A DNA stretch of 64,000 nt from Paramoeba atlantica (taxonomy: Eukaryota; Protista; Discosea): assembly GCA_977017575.1 (NCBI GenBank), contig CDRNVI010000049.1:310001-374000 (forward strand). The letters run 5' to 3'. Under the pieces are notes generated by a model, which saw only the letters and a program-made list of their open reading frames with translations, did no database searches and was not told the origin of the DNA. Shown here piece after piece: positions 21,715 through 31,974 of the stretch. How positions within the stretch are numbered: position 1 is the first letter of the stretch; each line of letters starts with the position of its first letter. Made by a program: the position numbers and the translations under genes.

Positions 21715-23045
21715 ACTCCAAAACGTACGCTCGGATAAATAAACTGATATCAATTTTTAAACTTAGTTCACATGGGGGAAAACAAAGCGATTGAATAGAG
21801 CCCACAGAAAAAATCCACACGAAAACAGAAGCAAAACTCGTAAGCACAATCGAGCACATAATTTAAATTTCTCCAGCTCCGAAAATGACATGCTCGCCCA
21901 AGTTCAAAGTCCGTTCTGCATATCTCGCACAATGATGCAAAAAGAAAAAATGATGATAATTCAAAATCGAGGGTTCGCCCAAGTTCGAAATCCTTCGTAC
22001 AGTTCACGCACAATAGAGTAATACACTTCTTGTAAGGCACTTTTCTCCCCGTGAATACGCTTCAACTTGGAGTCTAATTCTTTGCGAGTTACATGGTTAA
22101 CAGGAGCCCCATCTACCATGAGGTAGCGTAACTTCATCAGATTTTCATCCGATATGCAGGAGCGCAGTGTCGTAATCAAGGCTTCGGACATTCCAATGCC
22201 ATTGTAGCCTTTGTGCTTGGGGTGGTAAATCGGGGGCAGTACGAAATGCTTACGACCAACGTACAAAATCGCAATCAGGACATGCTCATGTAATACGGTA
22301 TCAACCCCGCCATCCACTGCCATGCCAAAAAACGTTGCTCGATCAATTCATTGACCAAGGCTCACACCTTATCGGCGACGCGGCGTTCGTAGCGGTGAAA
22401 CATCTTCGCACTACGTGTTGCGTCGATGACATCCTTTGAATCTATTTTCGAAGGGCGGAGAGCTTCATATTCTGCAACGAACTTAAGGAAAGCATCCGTC
22501 GACAGACTATGTTTCGCGGCAAGACGTGGCCAATCAATTCGTACAAACTGCTGGACTTGGGCTTTCTGTGATTCCGCGTCTACTTGTGCGTCGGTGTCGC
22601 TGATTGCGCCTGTGCAAGTCTTTAAGTGCTTATAGCACAATGCTTCAATCCTACTGTGTGTTATAAAAGAGCATTGCGTACATTTCACGTGTCTAGCGTG
22701 GCCCATGCTGTCGCATTTAATGGTGTTGACGGGGTTTTCGGCATTTTTTACGGCCCAAGCTTCACATCCTTTTTCAGCGCATGTGAAGTCACATCTCTCA
22801 TAATCCAAGATGTTTTGATTTCTGAGAGAAGCGAACGATAGGGGGTTATTTCCAGTATTGCTTCTTCCTCTACGAGGGCGAGGAGAATCCCGGATCAACG
22901 CATTTTCCGCATTAACCGCTATTTGTGTTGGAGTTGTTTCTAGTCGCTCCATTACGGCAGCCGCGTTTTCTCGATGGGCTTCCGCAGTGGCGTTCCTGCG
23001 TCTTCGAGTGTTCGGGGGAGTAGGGTACTCGATCGGACTTTTCAT
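21715..23045 (-). pseudogene. Internally deleted hAT-like transposase
   Basis: Cys/His finger CTQC...KHLKTC; FFGMAVDGGVD (first catalytic D); LMVDGAPVN; hATC-like SVYLSERTFWS at 21715-21747; in-frame TGA stops and frameshifts. Confidence 0.6.
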
Positions 23046-23333
23046 TTATGTGAAAAAGTGCTGGAGCTTAAAATAAGTTTAGAACGTCAAATAAAGAGGA
23101 TGTCACGTACATTCTATTTTCTTCGCATTAAATTATTTAATACAATGTATATTTAAAATATACATTGTATGCAAAATTTACGTGTGGGAAAAAAGTAGTA
23201 ATTACTACTTTTTAAGTAGTAACTTTAGTAATTACTAGTTTACTAGTCTAAGCTATGGAATTCCATGACCTCCCAAAAAATTACGTAAAGTACATGATTT
23301 TAACTACTCGGCATTTGGTCCCTGCTGTGTAAG

Positions 23334-24074
23334 ATGGGGGCGGTGTTGCTCATGCACCGCCTACGGCATAAGGGTGCTGCGGTGTCTGTAGAGACACTCG
23401 AGCACCTCATGCTCGACAACCATACTTTACGGGAAGGCAGATTACTCGACCCGAATGCATTGAACGCCTACGAACCTTTGACTTACGAGCCTTGGATTAA
23501 TGCGGCGGATGACGATGGTTTTCGCACTAGGGACCTGATTCGCGAGCTTCGGGATTCGCCTGAGTTTGGTTTACGCGTTAATCAGTTCTATCATGATCGC
23601 ACGTTTATTAAGCAGCAAGAGCGTTTGTTTAATTCTGTATTTTGCAAGTGGATTATTTTTGCGCGTTTGATACCCAACTGGAATGAAGGTGTGCACCTCG
23701 AAATGGGACGTGGTATTGTGCAGACACTTCGTGACGCGTACTGGCGAGCACGCCGCGTAGATGTGGACTTGGTCCATCAAAAAATGGAGAAGGATATCCG
23801 TCCGGACGACAAGTTTTATCATCACGTGAATGATCAATTGGTTGAGCGACAGAAGCAATATGCACGTGTTCAGTCTTTCTCTGCTCCACCATCTATGCAA
23901 GTTTCGCGTCCCAATCAGTTCCCACCGCGACATAATGCATATCCTCCACGACGAAATTTATTATCCTTTGGATGTCGGTCGCCTGATCACATTTGGCGCA
24001 ACTGCACGAAGCGATTCCAGCAGGATTTTCGAGGACGGGTGGCTGGCCCTGCCCACAGCAGCAAGAGTTTCTGA
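23334..24074 (+). CDS. Gag-like ORF with degenerate CCHC knuckle
   Basis: 246-aa ORF ending SFGCRSPDHIWRNC...QDFRG; helical core recalls trypanosomatid VIPER/CZAR-type gag (from memory). Confidence 0.55.
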   Translation: MGAVLLMHRLRHKGAAVSVETLEHLMLDNHTLREGRLLDPNALNAYEPLTYEPWINAADDDGFRTRDLIRELRDSPEFGLRVNQFYHDRTFIKQQERLFNSVFCKWIIFARLIPNWNEGVHLEMGRGIVQTLRDAYWRARRVDVDLVHQKMEKDIRPDDKFYHHVNDQLVERQKQYARVQSFSAPPSMQVSRPNQFPPRHNAYPPRRNLLSFGCRSPDHIWRNCTKRFQQDFRGRVAGPAHSSKSF

Positions 24075-24161
24075 CAAAACCACACCCTAACGGCCAGTTC
24101 TATAGTAACATTCAAACGAAACAGAGCGACACTTTTAACGCAACTTCCCAAGAGGAGAAGA

Positions 24162-24790
24162 GTGGAAGAGAACATTGTACCAGTGGATGTTCGCAATGTG
24201 CAGAATTTATCAGGGAGATACGTGAGATTCGAGAATTTTTACGGCGGAACTTTGAGTTTGCAAGTAGCGGATACGGCGCGGAACTGTCTCAGATCGCAAA
24301 AGGTGGCTGTTTTTATGAAGAGCTGTAAGACTCCTATCTTTGGATTGCAAGAAACTAGGCTCACTTTTGAAAGCAGCGAACCGATAGTTCATCGTAAACT
24401 CTATATTGAAGGCATTTGGCTACATGTATATCTTATGAGCGCAATAAATGGATATAATGGTATGGCATTTATTAGCCGCATGCAATTATTTGTTGAAAAG
24501 GTCTCTGACAGAGTTATGAAAGGACGATTCGTTTTGGAAGCACAAAAGCAACGCTGTTCAATGTTTATTCCCCCATTGCTTCTTCAAAACAAGATATTCA
24601 GGAGGATTTTAATAATTCACTGTTTGACGCTTGGCACGAGTCTAATGCAGCACTAAAAATTATCTGTGGTGACTTTAACGCTCCTCTGCAGAATCCGTCG
24701 GGCCGAAAATGCTCGTCAAAGAGAGCTAAGGCTTTAAAAGAGTTTCTTGAGAGTTTGGGTGCGAAATCAGCCCACGGGACCACCAATAAA
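24162..24790 (+). pseudogene. Apurinic-endonuclease (APE/EEP) domain, 3'-truncated
   Basis: RFENFYGGTL, FGLQETRL, GMAFIS, then after an indel near 24520 FNVYSP and ICGDFNAPL; the final D..H motifs are missing. Confidence 0.8.
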
Positions 24791-25141
24791 TCCATTGTGG
24801 CCATTCTTGCGGGGCACGAACGTGCGTTAGCAAAAATGGTAAACCGCAATGTGTCCACCGTGTGCAAGGTTTCGGCTGGGACATTCCCTTCGGCCCCTCA
24901 AACCCCAGTGGCGCGAAACGCCTACAAGCGAACCAACCCCGGTAAACCCCCCTCAGTCATCAAAGCGTGGAACTATCCACGCGCTCCACGCGGTACGTGC
25001 CGTCACTGCGGAAAAAGAGGCCATGAAATCCGCGATTGCACGGTAAAGATCGTACCAAGCGACTTCTTGCACGGGCAAGACAGCGCCTACAAGCGTAGTC
25101 GTTCTGGCCCAGTGGTTCAGAACAAGTTTCGGAAGCAGTAG
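24755..25141 (+). pseudogene. Second gag-like C-terminus with intact CCHC knuckle
   Basis: CRHCGKRGHEIRDC in frame with the truncated APE. Confidence 0.7.
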
Positions 25142-25739
25142 CTCAGAGTTGCAAAAAGTTAATATAATCATTTCAACCGATTGATACAGACACGTAGGGG
25201 CCATTGTTTACAGGCTCGTATAGTTATGTTGCTTATCTTTTCAAAATGTGCTTTCGAAAATTTTGCGAAACGGTAAAAATCCAGATCAGAATAATTGGGC
25301 TTGAGAAAAAACAAGTCTGTTCTTAAAAAGAATTATTTAAAGCGTAGTATCCTGCCTTAAATTGTTTTTAACAATACAGAAAACGCACGTAGTACGTGGG
25401 CTCACCATCCGTTTTTTACAATATCGGCGTTTTTAACGATTTAAAACGAATACCTTTTAGCGAAATTGTTGATTAGAATTCCTTTGACTCAAATATAACG
25501 CGAGAAGTTCTCAATATAGGTTCTCATTCATTTACAGTAGATATGATATTTTCGTTCACATACAGCTTTGCAAAGCTGCAAAGTCTCTTACATAAAATAG
25601 CCAATCATCACCACTTGGATAGGTAAAACGCGAAGGCGCGAAAGTAATATCGACCTAGTGTGGCTCCAAAATTAGTTCAAAATAAAAGAACAGTTGCAGA
25701 AACTTTAATGCATTCTCTTGAATATACAATATAATTACT

Positions 25740-26606
25740 ATGGCCTGGTCCAGACGACGCCGTATAAGTGATGAAGCTATACAGGCTGATACACAAAGAC
25801 TGATTCAAGCTAATGTGCATTCACGGCTCTCTCAATTTGCTGTCGCCCCATAAGCTGCTCGAAGACGTTCTCTTGACTTCTCAAGAATTGAGCATCTCTT
25901 GGGGGTGCACGGTGTGTGTAACACAACCGAAGAAGCGTTCTTGACTCTTTGCGCATGCCTCTCAAGGTTTTATCGGGCCTCAAAGCTCGAGGCTCTACGC
26001 TCCGCCCTAGTGTGGCGGCAGCTTGAAGATGAACCCATAGAGCGATGCTGGTCTCAAACGATCCGTTTTCGCCGGCGGTTCAAAGGAGCCACCCGTTTGT
26101 GCCTGGATCCACAATCCAGGGGTTCAGTCACCTTTAATCAATTAAAGCAGCTGACCGAATACTGCCAGGAAGCCGGGGAAACAGAATATGCTCGAGGCTT
26201 TGCCATAGCTTATTATGGCCTCCTACGGCATAGTGAACTGGAGTTGCTCCGCAGAAACGACGTTGAAGGAGAAACTGCGACACTTCGCATTCGCGGTGGG
26301 AAAGGTCGTCTCCACTATGAGGTGGACATCGTCCAGGTACCGGAAGTTCAGGAACTAGTGACCTGCCTCAAAAAAGACGGGAACACCGTTCTTCTGCTAC
26401 ACTTCTGGAACAAAGTAAAGGCCAACGCGTTGATTCGTGCATCAGCCGTGCACTTTGAGTGGAATAGGCAATAGAACTGGTCATTCCACTGTCTTCGTCA
26501 TGGCGGTGCCGGCCATCTGACTCGCCAAGGTGTTGATCTCTCCACGCGACTTTTACGTGGCCGATGGATGTCATCCTTCAGTGCAGAAGCTTATTCTATG
26601 ATATAG
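25740..26606 (+). pseudogene. Tyrosine recombinase of a YR retrotransposon (VIPER/TATE-like), two in-frame stops
   Basis: One frame from ATG 25740: YYGLLRHSE (R), GGKG (K), HCLRHG (HxxR), GRW, EAY (Y); TAA at 25851 and TAG at 26472. Confidence 0.85.
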
Positions 26607-26880
26607 CCTTATCCATCTGTTCTGTACGAGAAACAATGGCTATCCGTAGTGTATAGGTGAGTCAGGTCGTTGTGCCTAATATATAACCTTGTGTCATTTC
26701 ACATACACACTATTCATCCAATGTCAATTTCCTTGCACACTATATACAGGCGTGTACTATCATACTATTGCGATATATGTACAGTGTACCGTTTCGTCAT
26801 TCAGTAATGTCAGGAACATAATAATATGCCACATTTGTTCCTCGCAAAGCGGTTTCTTATATTCTTCTGTTTTGTATATT

Positions 26881-28604
26881 ATGATGAGTTTCAAAAACCT
26901 TGAGCATGAATCGGACAACGGATATTTCAGCCTACAGCAAAACTACGCTCCCACACGTGGAGCGTACGCTAAGGACAGCGACCCCCTCTGCCCCCTGAAA
27001 AATATTGGTGGCATTATTATGACAGACGACATGTTCCAAACAAAATTTGGACATAATGCCAAAACGCTCTTGGGAATGTCCCCCTTCCCATCCCAAGAAA
27101 TGATCATAGAAAATGATGATCCGGACTTCCAACACTACAGGTCTCATCTGCAGGCGCTCAAGGACTGCAACGTATTGGTCCCCGTGACTCGGGAGCAAGT
27201 TACGGGAGTTGGAAAGTACATGGCGGTTCTGAAAGATGATGTGCATGCACGGGCTATATTTGATTTGCGTTACACTAACTTCATACATGTATTGAAGGAA
27301 TCCCCTTTACTATTCCTAGTACGGAACAGCTCATTCAATTCTTATTGCATCTTGGGGATTGCGCTGAAAGGGGGTTCCGTTTCCTTCACGGGGATATTAA
27401 GAACTGGTACTACCAGATCCCTATTTCAACGGAACTAGGGAACGCCTGCTGCATTCGACAGGGATCGACATACCTTCGTCCCACTGTTCTCCCAATGGGA
27501 TATAAGTTAGCTTGTGGGATAGCGCAAAGCATCATGTGGAATGTTTTGATTTACCGAGATCATGCTAGCACGGACCTAAATGGCGCTGAATCTATGCTTG
27601 ATATGACCGAAGCTCCGGGGATCGTACCTCTTCGTGAGGGAGGATTTATCGCGCTGATGTACGACTCATTTATGATTGTTGCTTCGGAGACGACGGTAAA
27701 ACGGTGGGGAGAACACCTGGTGCACAATTTCCCGAAGTTCAATATCTTAGAAAAATATCTGACGATAGAAAAAAGGTCATGCAAATTCTCTTATTGTGGT
27801 ATTCAAATTATTCAAAATGGTGGCCGTGTTTCCTGGGCAGCAAACGAGACCACAGCTCAAAAGTGGTTGAAGGCAGCGAGAAACCTGTCAAGCATCACAC
27901 CCCGTATATTATTCCAATTTTGTGGCTACTTGCGCCATTTAGCTACTATACTAGGAATACCACCACGAGGACTAGGAAGATTGATCAAATGTCAAAGTGT
28001 TTTAGGCGAAGTGGAAAATTGGGATGGGATAATCTTCGAACAGGGCGAACGAGAGGACCTATTAAAAACTGCCCTACGTATCATCCGCGCAAACTCGACT
28101 CCCCGAGACTGCACCATGTATCGCAGGTGTGAACATAAGCGAACCTTCTTCGCCGTTGTAGACGCGACCACAACGCGCTGGGCCGTTTGGCCTATGAAGG
28201 ACGGATTCCCTATAAAAGAAAACGTCTTAGAGCAAGAGTGTCAGTTAGCTATTGTATTGGCCGAGGCGACAGCAATATCCAAAGCGATAAGCATCGCAGT
28301 GCGCAGCGGATTCGCGAACATAATAATTGCGAGCGATAACACGGCCGCGTCTCGTGCGTTCGCCAAAGGATTTTCAAAAATTGAAGCATTGGATTCCATA
28401 ATACGAGTTCATCAATATTTTCACGGGCGAATTGTCTTAGCTGACATCGCAAGCGAAATGAATCTCGCAGATATTGGGACCCGCCCAAAAAAAGAGTACA
28501 GCCGCACCGAGTATGATTTTCGTCGTACAAGAACATGGGAACAGCTTCAAACGGCGTGGCAAATTTACAAATCGTATGGAACATTTCTAAGCAGAAACAA
28601 GTAG
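26881..28604 (+). pseudogene. DIRS-order RT/RNase H, one frameshift near 27295
   Basis: ARAIFDLRYTN, GDIKNWYYQIP, VLPMGY..ACGIAQ, LMYDSF; RNase H VVDAT, AEATAI, ASDNTAA, NLADIGTR. Confidence 0.85.
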
Positions 28605-29078
28605 AGATTATCCATACCTCCTCATTATAAGCATAAGTGGAAGCTTTATCTCATATCCGCATGTATTATTATTACATTAGTGATAAACAGTTCATAAACA
28701 CTTATGACATAAACTCTAATGCGTGTATACACATCACCTCAAGATGTATACATTTCTTACGTCCACCTTCTTCCTAAGTGTGCTATACTTACGATCGATA
28801 TCACGATGCTGCGTAATAGTAATCTATTATACAATATACATAGAATTATAAAAGTATACATTTTAGGCTTATAAAGTACGGGAAGCAGTACGTCATCAAT
28901 GTCCATTTAAGCTCTGACACAGTGATTGATAAATGCGGTGCACGTGCTTGAATGGGAACCCTCCTAGTGGGACTGGCACATAGTAGGTTTAATAGGATTC
29001 CGATTTTGGGCAAAATTCCCTTCTTCGCGGCGCCTTTTTTTTATCGTTGTTAAACAAGGGAGACTGTGCAAGTCTTGG

Positions 29079-29128
29079 TTGGCATGAGTTGGCATGAATT
29101 GGCACAAGTTGGCATGAGTTGGCATGAG
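29079..29128 (+). repeat. Five copies of 10-bp unit TTGGCA(T/C)(G/A)A(G/A)
   Basis: Direct reading of the tandem array. Confidence 0.95.
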
Positions 29129-29267
29129 TAGCCATATTTTTGTTTTATCAGCCAATTTAAATCTTTTTTCGGTGCGTTCTGCAAAGTTTAGTTACAAATG
29201 TATATTCGTTAAAATTCATCTAAAGAGTTCGGTATTCAAGTTTTTTTTTCTTTGCACCACATCACTT

Positions 29268-30107
29268 ATGTCATTCCAAGCATCAATCTATCGCCAGATG
29301 TGCGAAGGAAAATGTCAGAAAATGACACCGTTCACTCTTCCCACCGAAGGTCGATCATCTTTTTGTGTTTATTGCAAATGGTGTGTCGATTCCGAGCAGC
29401 ACAGAGATGTATGTGTGCAATGCTTGCAGTATGGGGTATTCAACGGTTCTGATGTTTGTGCGACTTGTGGGCAATCACAAGTCGTTGAATCTTTTTCTCC
29501 TCCCCTCCTTCAGGAATTATTGTCATCCGATCTGGACCTTGAATCAGTAAAGCGCACAGCCAGCCAATTCTTTCGGAAGACTGTTTTGGGGTTGTGATTT
29601 ACTTTTTCGCATGTGGCGTATGCCCTGATTGCGTGCAAAGCCAGCATTGACTGGGCTGATGACGGAACTAAGTTTTTGCGGGCAGGCATTAACTACGCCA
29701 AAAAGTTCCGATTGTCTGTGAGTTCTAAAGACGAACGTGGCATGGCAACAGTATTAAAAAACATTTCGAATAGCTTTGTCGGATATTTGAATCGAAGGCG
29801 TGTGACGATTCGGTCCGATCTAAAGTCTAGAATCATCGAGAAGCTGTCCGTGCATGAAGAGAAGTTCCGGGTACGCTTGACCTATGTGGAAAAGGCCAAG
29901 GAGTACGTCGAATCAAGCTGTTGGGAAGAAGATGTTCCAGAAGTTGCGGCGACAAAGCTTCTTCAGCTCGGAGCCGTCATTCTTCATGATAAACGGAAGA
30001 GAGGCCCACCGGTTCTTCACGTCACTGTGGAGAATAGTGCGAAGGCTAAGAGGAAGGAAGAGGACAAAAAGGCGAAAGTTCATGTGGAAAGTATTAATTT
30101 AGTTTAA
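29268..30107 (+). CDS. Accessory ORF: Cys-rich N-half and basic C-half separated by one in-frame TGA (29595)
   Basis: CEGKC, CVYCKWC, CVQC, CATC; ORFs 29124-29597 and 29613-30107 share a frame with no other stop between them. Confidence 0.55.
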
Positions 30108-30283
30108 TTTCCGTAGGTGATGTTAAGTTCGAAGTTGTGAAGCTAGTTGTGAAGTCTTTAACCAAAAAACTGACGTTATTTATAATACGCTATTACAATA
30201 ATATGTGTAAATTCATAAATAATACAATCAAAAAGTACTTAAAAATAATGGAGAGCTTAAAAACTAACTAACATTCTCGAACT

Positions 30284-31354
30284 ATGTCAAAAGCCGTTTC
30301 TGAACTTGACGTTTGTGGTGTTCGACTTGATGCCCTACATTATCTTACGGAAATCATGCCCCTTAACTATGGAGATGGGACATTTGTCACACCTGATGAA
30401 ATTTTTGTTAGCTTTCTTTTCTTATACACCGGCGGGCGATACAATACGATAGCTTCCCACATGTCGAAGCGTGGGTGGTCCTATCGTAGTTGCGTTGAAA
30501 AAATACCTCGATTCTTTAAGACATTTGTTGAGGTAATGGCACCCCTGTGGCTAGAAGACGATTTTGTTGAAAAAGTAATTGATCATGACTACAATTCTTC
30601 GCATGGATTCTGGGATTCGGACATCAGTGTGGCTGCTGATACCGTTCCCATATTTATTGACCAAACGCCACACTGCTTCCAACCGAAATATTCCGAGTAT
30701 GTGTTGAAGGCCTTTGTTGCGTGCACATTGTCGGGATTTGTCTGCTTCGTATCGAGTAATCTTTACACGGGGGCGACTAACGATAGCGTAATTTTGGAAC
30801 ATTCTAAATTCTTACCATTCTTACAACAATATCGAAAGCGTGCGTTTGTTGATGGGGGATTCAAAAAGTCAGATCTCCTTATCATTCCTCATAGAGCGAC
30901 TGCAATTTGGCCGAAGAAACCTCTTGGAAAATCACGAAGTGCTTATGAGCAAGAAGCTCTGACTAAGCTCCAATACAACGAAAACATTGCCCATTTTCGT
31001 TCACGCATTGAGCATGTTTTTGGCCGAACTTTCATTGGCCGATGGCTGGCACTAAAAACTTGGACACATTCTTTTGATTTGGCCTTTGGAGACTGCTTCA
31101 AAGCAGCCCTCATTATACATAACCTAGAAGCTTACCTGCGCTACGAATGGGGTGGGAAGTTTCCCCGATTTTTGACAACTGAGGAGAAACGCGTCATTCA
31201 ATCCAAAATCTCTGCTTGTGAAACACAGCGCAAGCGTTACCCCCAGCCCGACGCCCCAGCACCGCAACAGACTTTACATTCATTCTTTAAGGGACAGTGG
31301 ACCCCCATAGTTATAGACGATGATGATAGCACCGACGAGGGGGCGCTCGAGTAA
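30284..31354 (+). CDS. Intact DDE_Tnp_4 transposase
   Basis: 356 aa; HTH-like N-terminus; AADTVP (D), KAFVACTLSG, YTGATND, FVDGGF (D), RSRIEHVFG (E), IIHNL. Confidence 0.85.
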   Translation: MSKAVSELDVCGVRLDALHYLTEIMPLNYGDGTFVTPDEIFVSFLFLYTGGRYNTIASHMSKRGWSYRSCVEKIPRFFKTFVEVMAPLWLEDDFVEKVIDHDYNSSHGFWDSDISVAADTVPIFIDQTPHCFQPKYSEYVLKAFVACTLSGFVCFVSSNLYTGATNDSVILEHSKFLPFLQQYRKRAFVDGGFKKSDLLIIPHRATAIWPKKPLGKSRSAYEQEALTKLQYNENIAHFRSRIEHVFGRTFIGRWLALKTWTHSFDLAFGDCFKAALIIHNLEAYLRYEWGGKFPRFLTTEEKRVIQSKISACETQRKRYPQPDAPAPQQTLHSFFKGQWTPIVIDDDDSTDEGALE

Positions 31355-31516
31355 TACTGCATGAACGAAAAATCTCTAGTTTCATCCCTCATATTATTAA
31401 GTTATTATTATATTGTTATGGATATTCCGTGGAGGGGGCATTGAGGTCCAGGGTATGAAAAAATGCATGTGATTTCTGTATCCCTCATTATTCCCTCTCA
31501 TTATTCCCAGTTCTGG

Positions 31517-31594
31517 TTGGCATGAATTGGCATGAGTTGGCACGAATTGGCATGAGTTGGCATGAACTGGCACAAGACGGCACGAGATGGCACC
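31517..31594 (+). repeat. About eight copies of the same 10-bp unit, same orientation as the 29079 array
   Basis: TTGGCATGAA TTGGCATGAG TTGGCACGAA TTGGCATGAG TTGGCATGAA CTGGCACAAG ACGGCACGAG ATGGCACC. Confidence 0.95.
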
Positions 31595-31934
31595 GGTTAG
31601 CTGCACAGTCTCCAAGGTCCTGCTCCCTTTTGATAAACTTTTGGTTGTTGGGGTAGACACGGAAAAAAAGAACCGCCGCTTCGCGGCGGATTCGAATTTT
31701 TTTTTGATATTCCCTGAAATCTATTTTGGCCTTCCAGACAAAAATGGCCCTATTAAAGGGGGGGTCGCACGTAGCTCTATTAAATAGGGGGGGGGATAGT
31801 ATATTATACTAGAGTGTTCTTTGCCACCAGTGAAGCGCCCCAGGAGAGCCTTGCGTCCCCGTACCCGGATTGAGCCGGGAGCCGGAGTTGGTACTTGCGG
31901 CGCTTGCTTGTGGGGATGGCAGACGCTCTTGTAC

Positions 31935-31974
31935 CAAACAAACAAACAAACATTCAAACAAACAAACAAACATT
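31935..31974. repeat. Duplicated 20-mer (CAAA)4CATT
   Basis: CAAACAAACAAACAAACATT twice in tandem. Confidence 0.9.

Larger units (their letters stand above)
16635..23257 (-). mobile_element. hAT-like TIR element carrying the nested retrotransposon
   Basis: Inverted ends CATAGCTT(G/A)GACTAGTAAACTAGTAATTACTAAA; GAATTC on both flanks (16629-34, 23258-63); repeated TAGTAATTACTA subterminal motifs. Confidence 0.75.
28985..31799 (+). mobile_element. PIF/Harbinger/ISL2EU-type (DDE_Tnp_4) DNA transposon with two ORFs
   Basis: Transposase plus accessory ORF; colinear inverted patches TTTAATAGG (28988/31749) and GGAGACTGTGCA (29059/31602); right end GGGGGGGGGATAG|TA; left terminus not resolved. Confidence 0.65.

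Noticed and set aside
21600-21760. HDV-like ribozyme or Pr77-type promoter at the retroelement 5' end
   Set aside because: The ORF begins right at the putative TSD and the adjacent sequence is AT-rich hAT DNA; no such fold is evident
21870-29597. UGA reassigned to Trp, given several in-frame TGA breaks in element ORFs
   Set aside because: Host genes end in TGA (e.g. at 2850) and use TGG for Trp; elements also carry TAA/TAG breaks and frameshifts, so ordinary decay explains it
29079-31594. Decamer arrays as a CRISPR-like system
   Set aside because: Contiguous 10-bp tandem units with no spacers and no cas-like ORF; they sit at transposon ends
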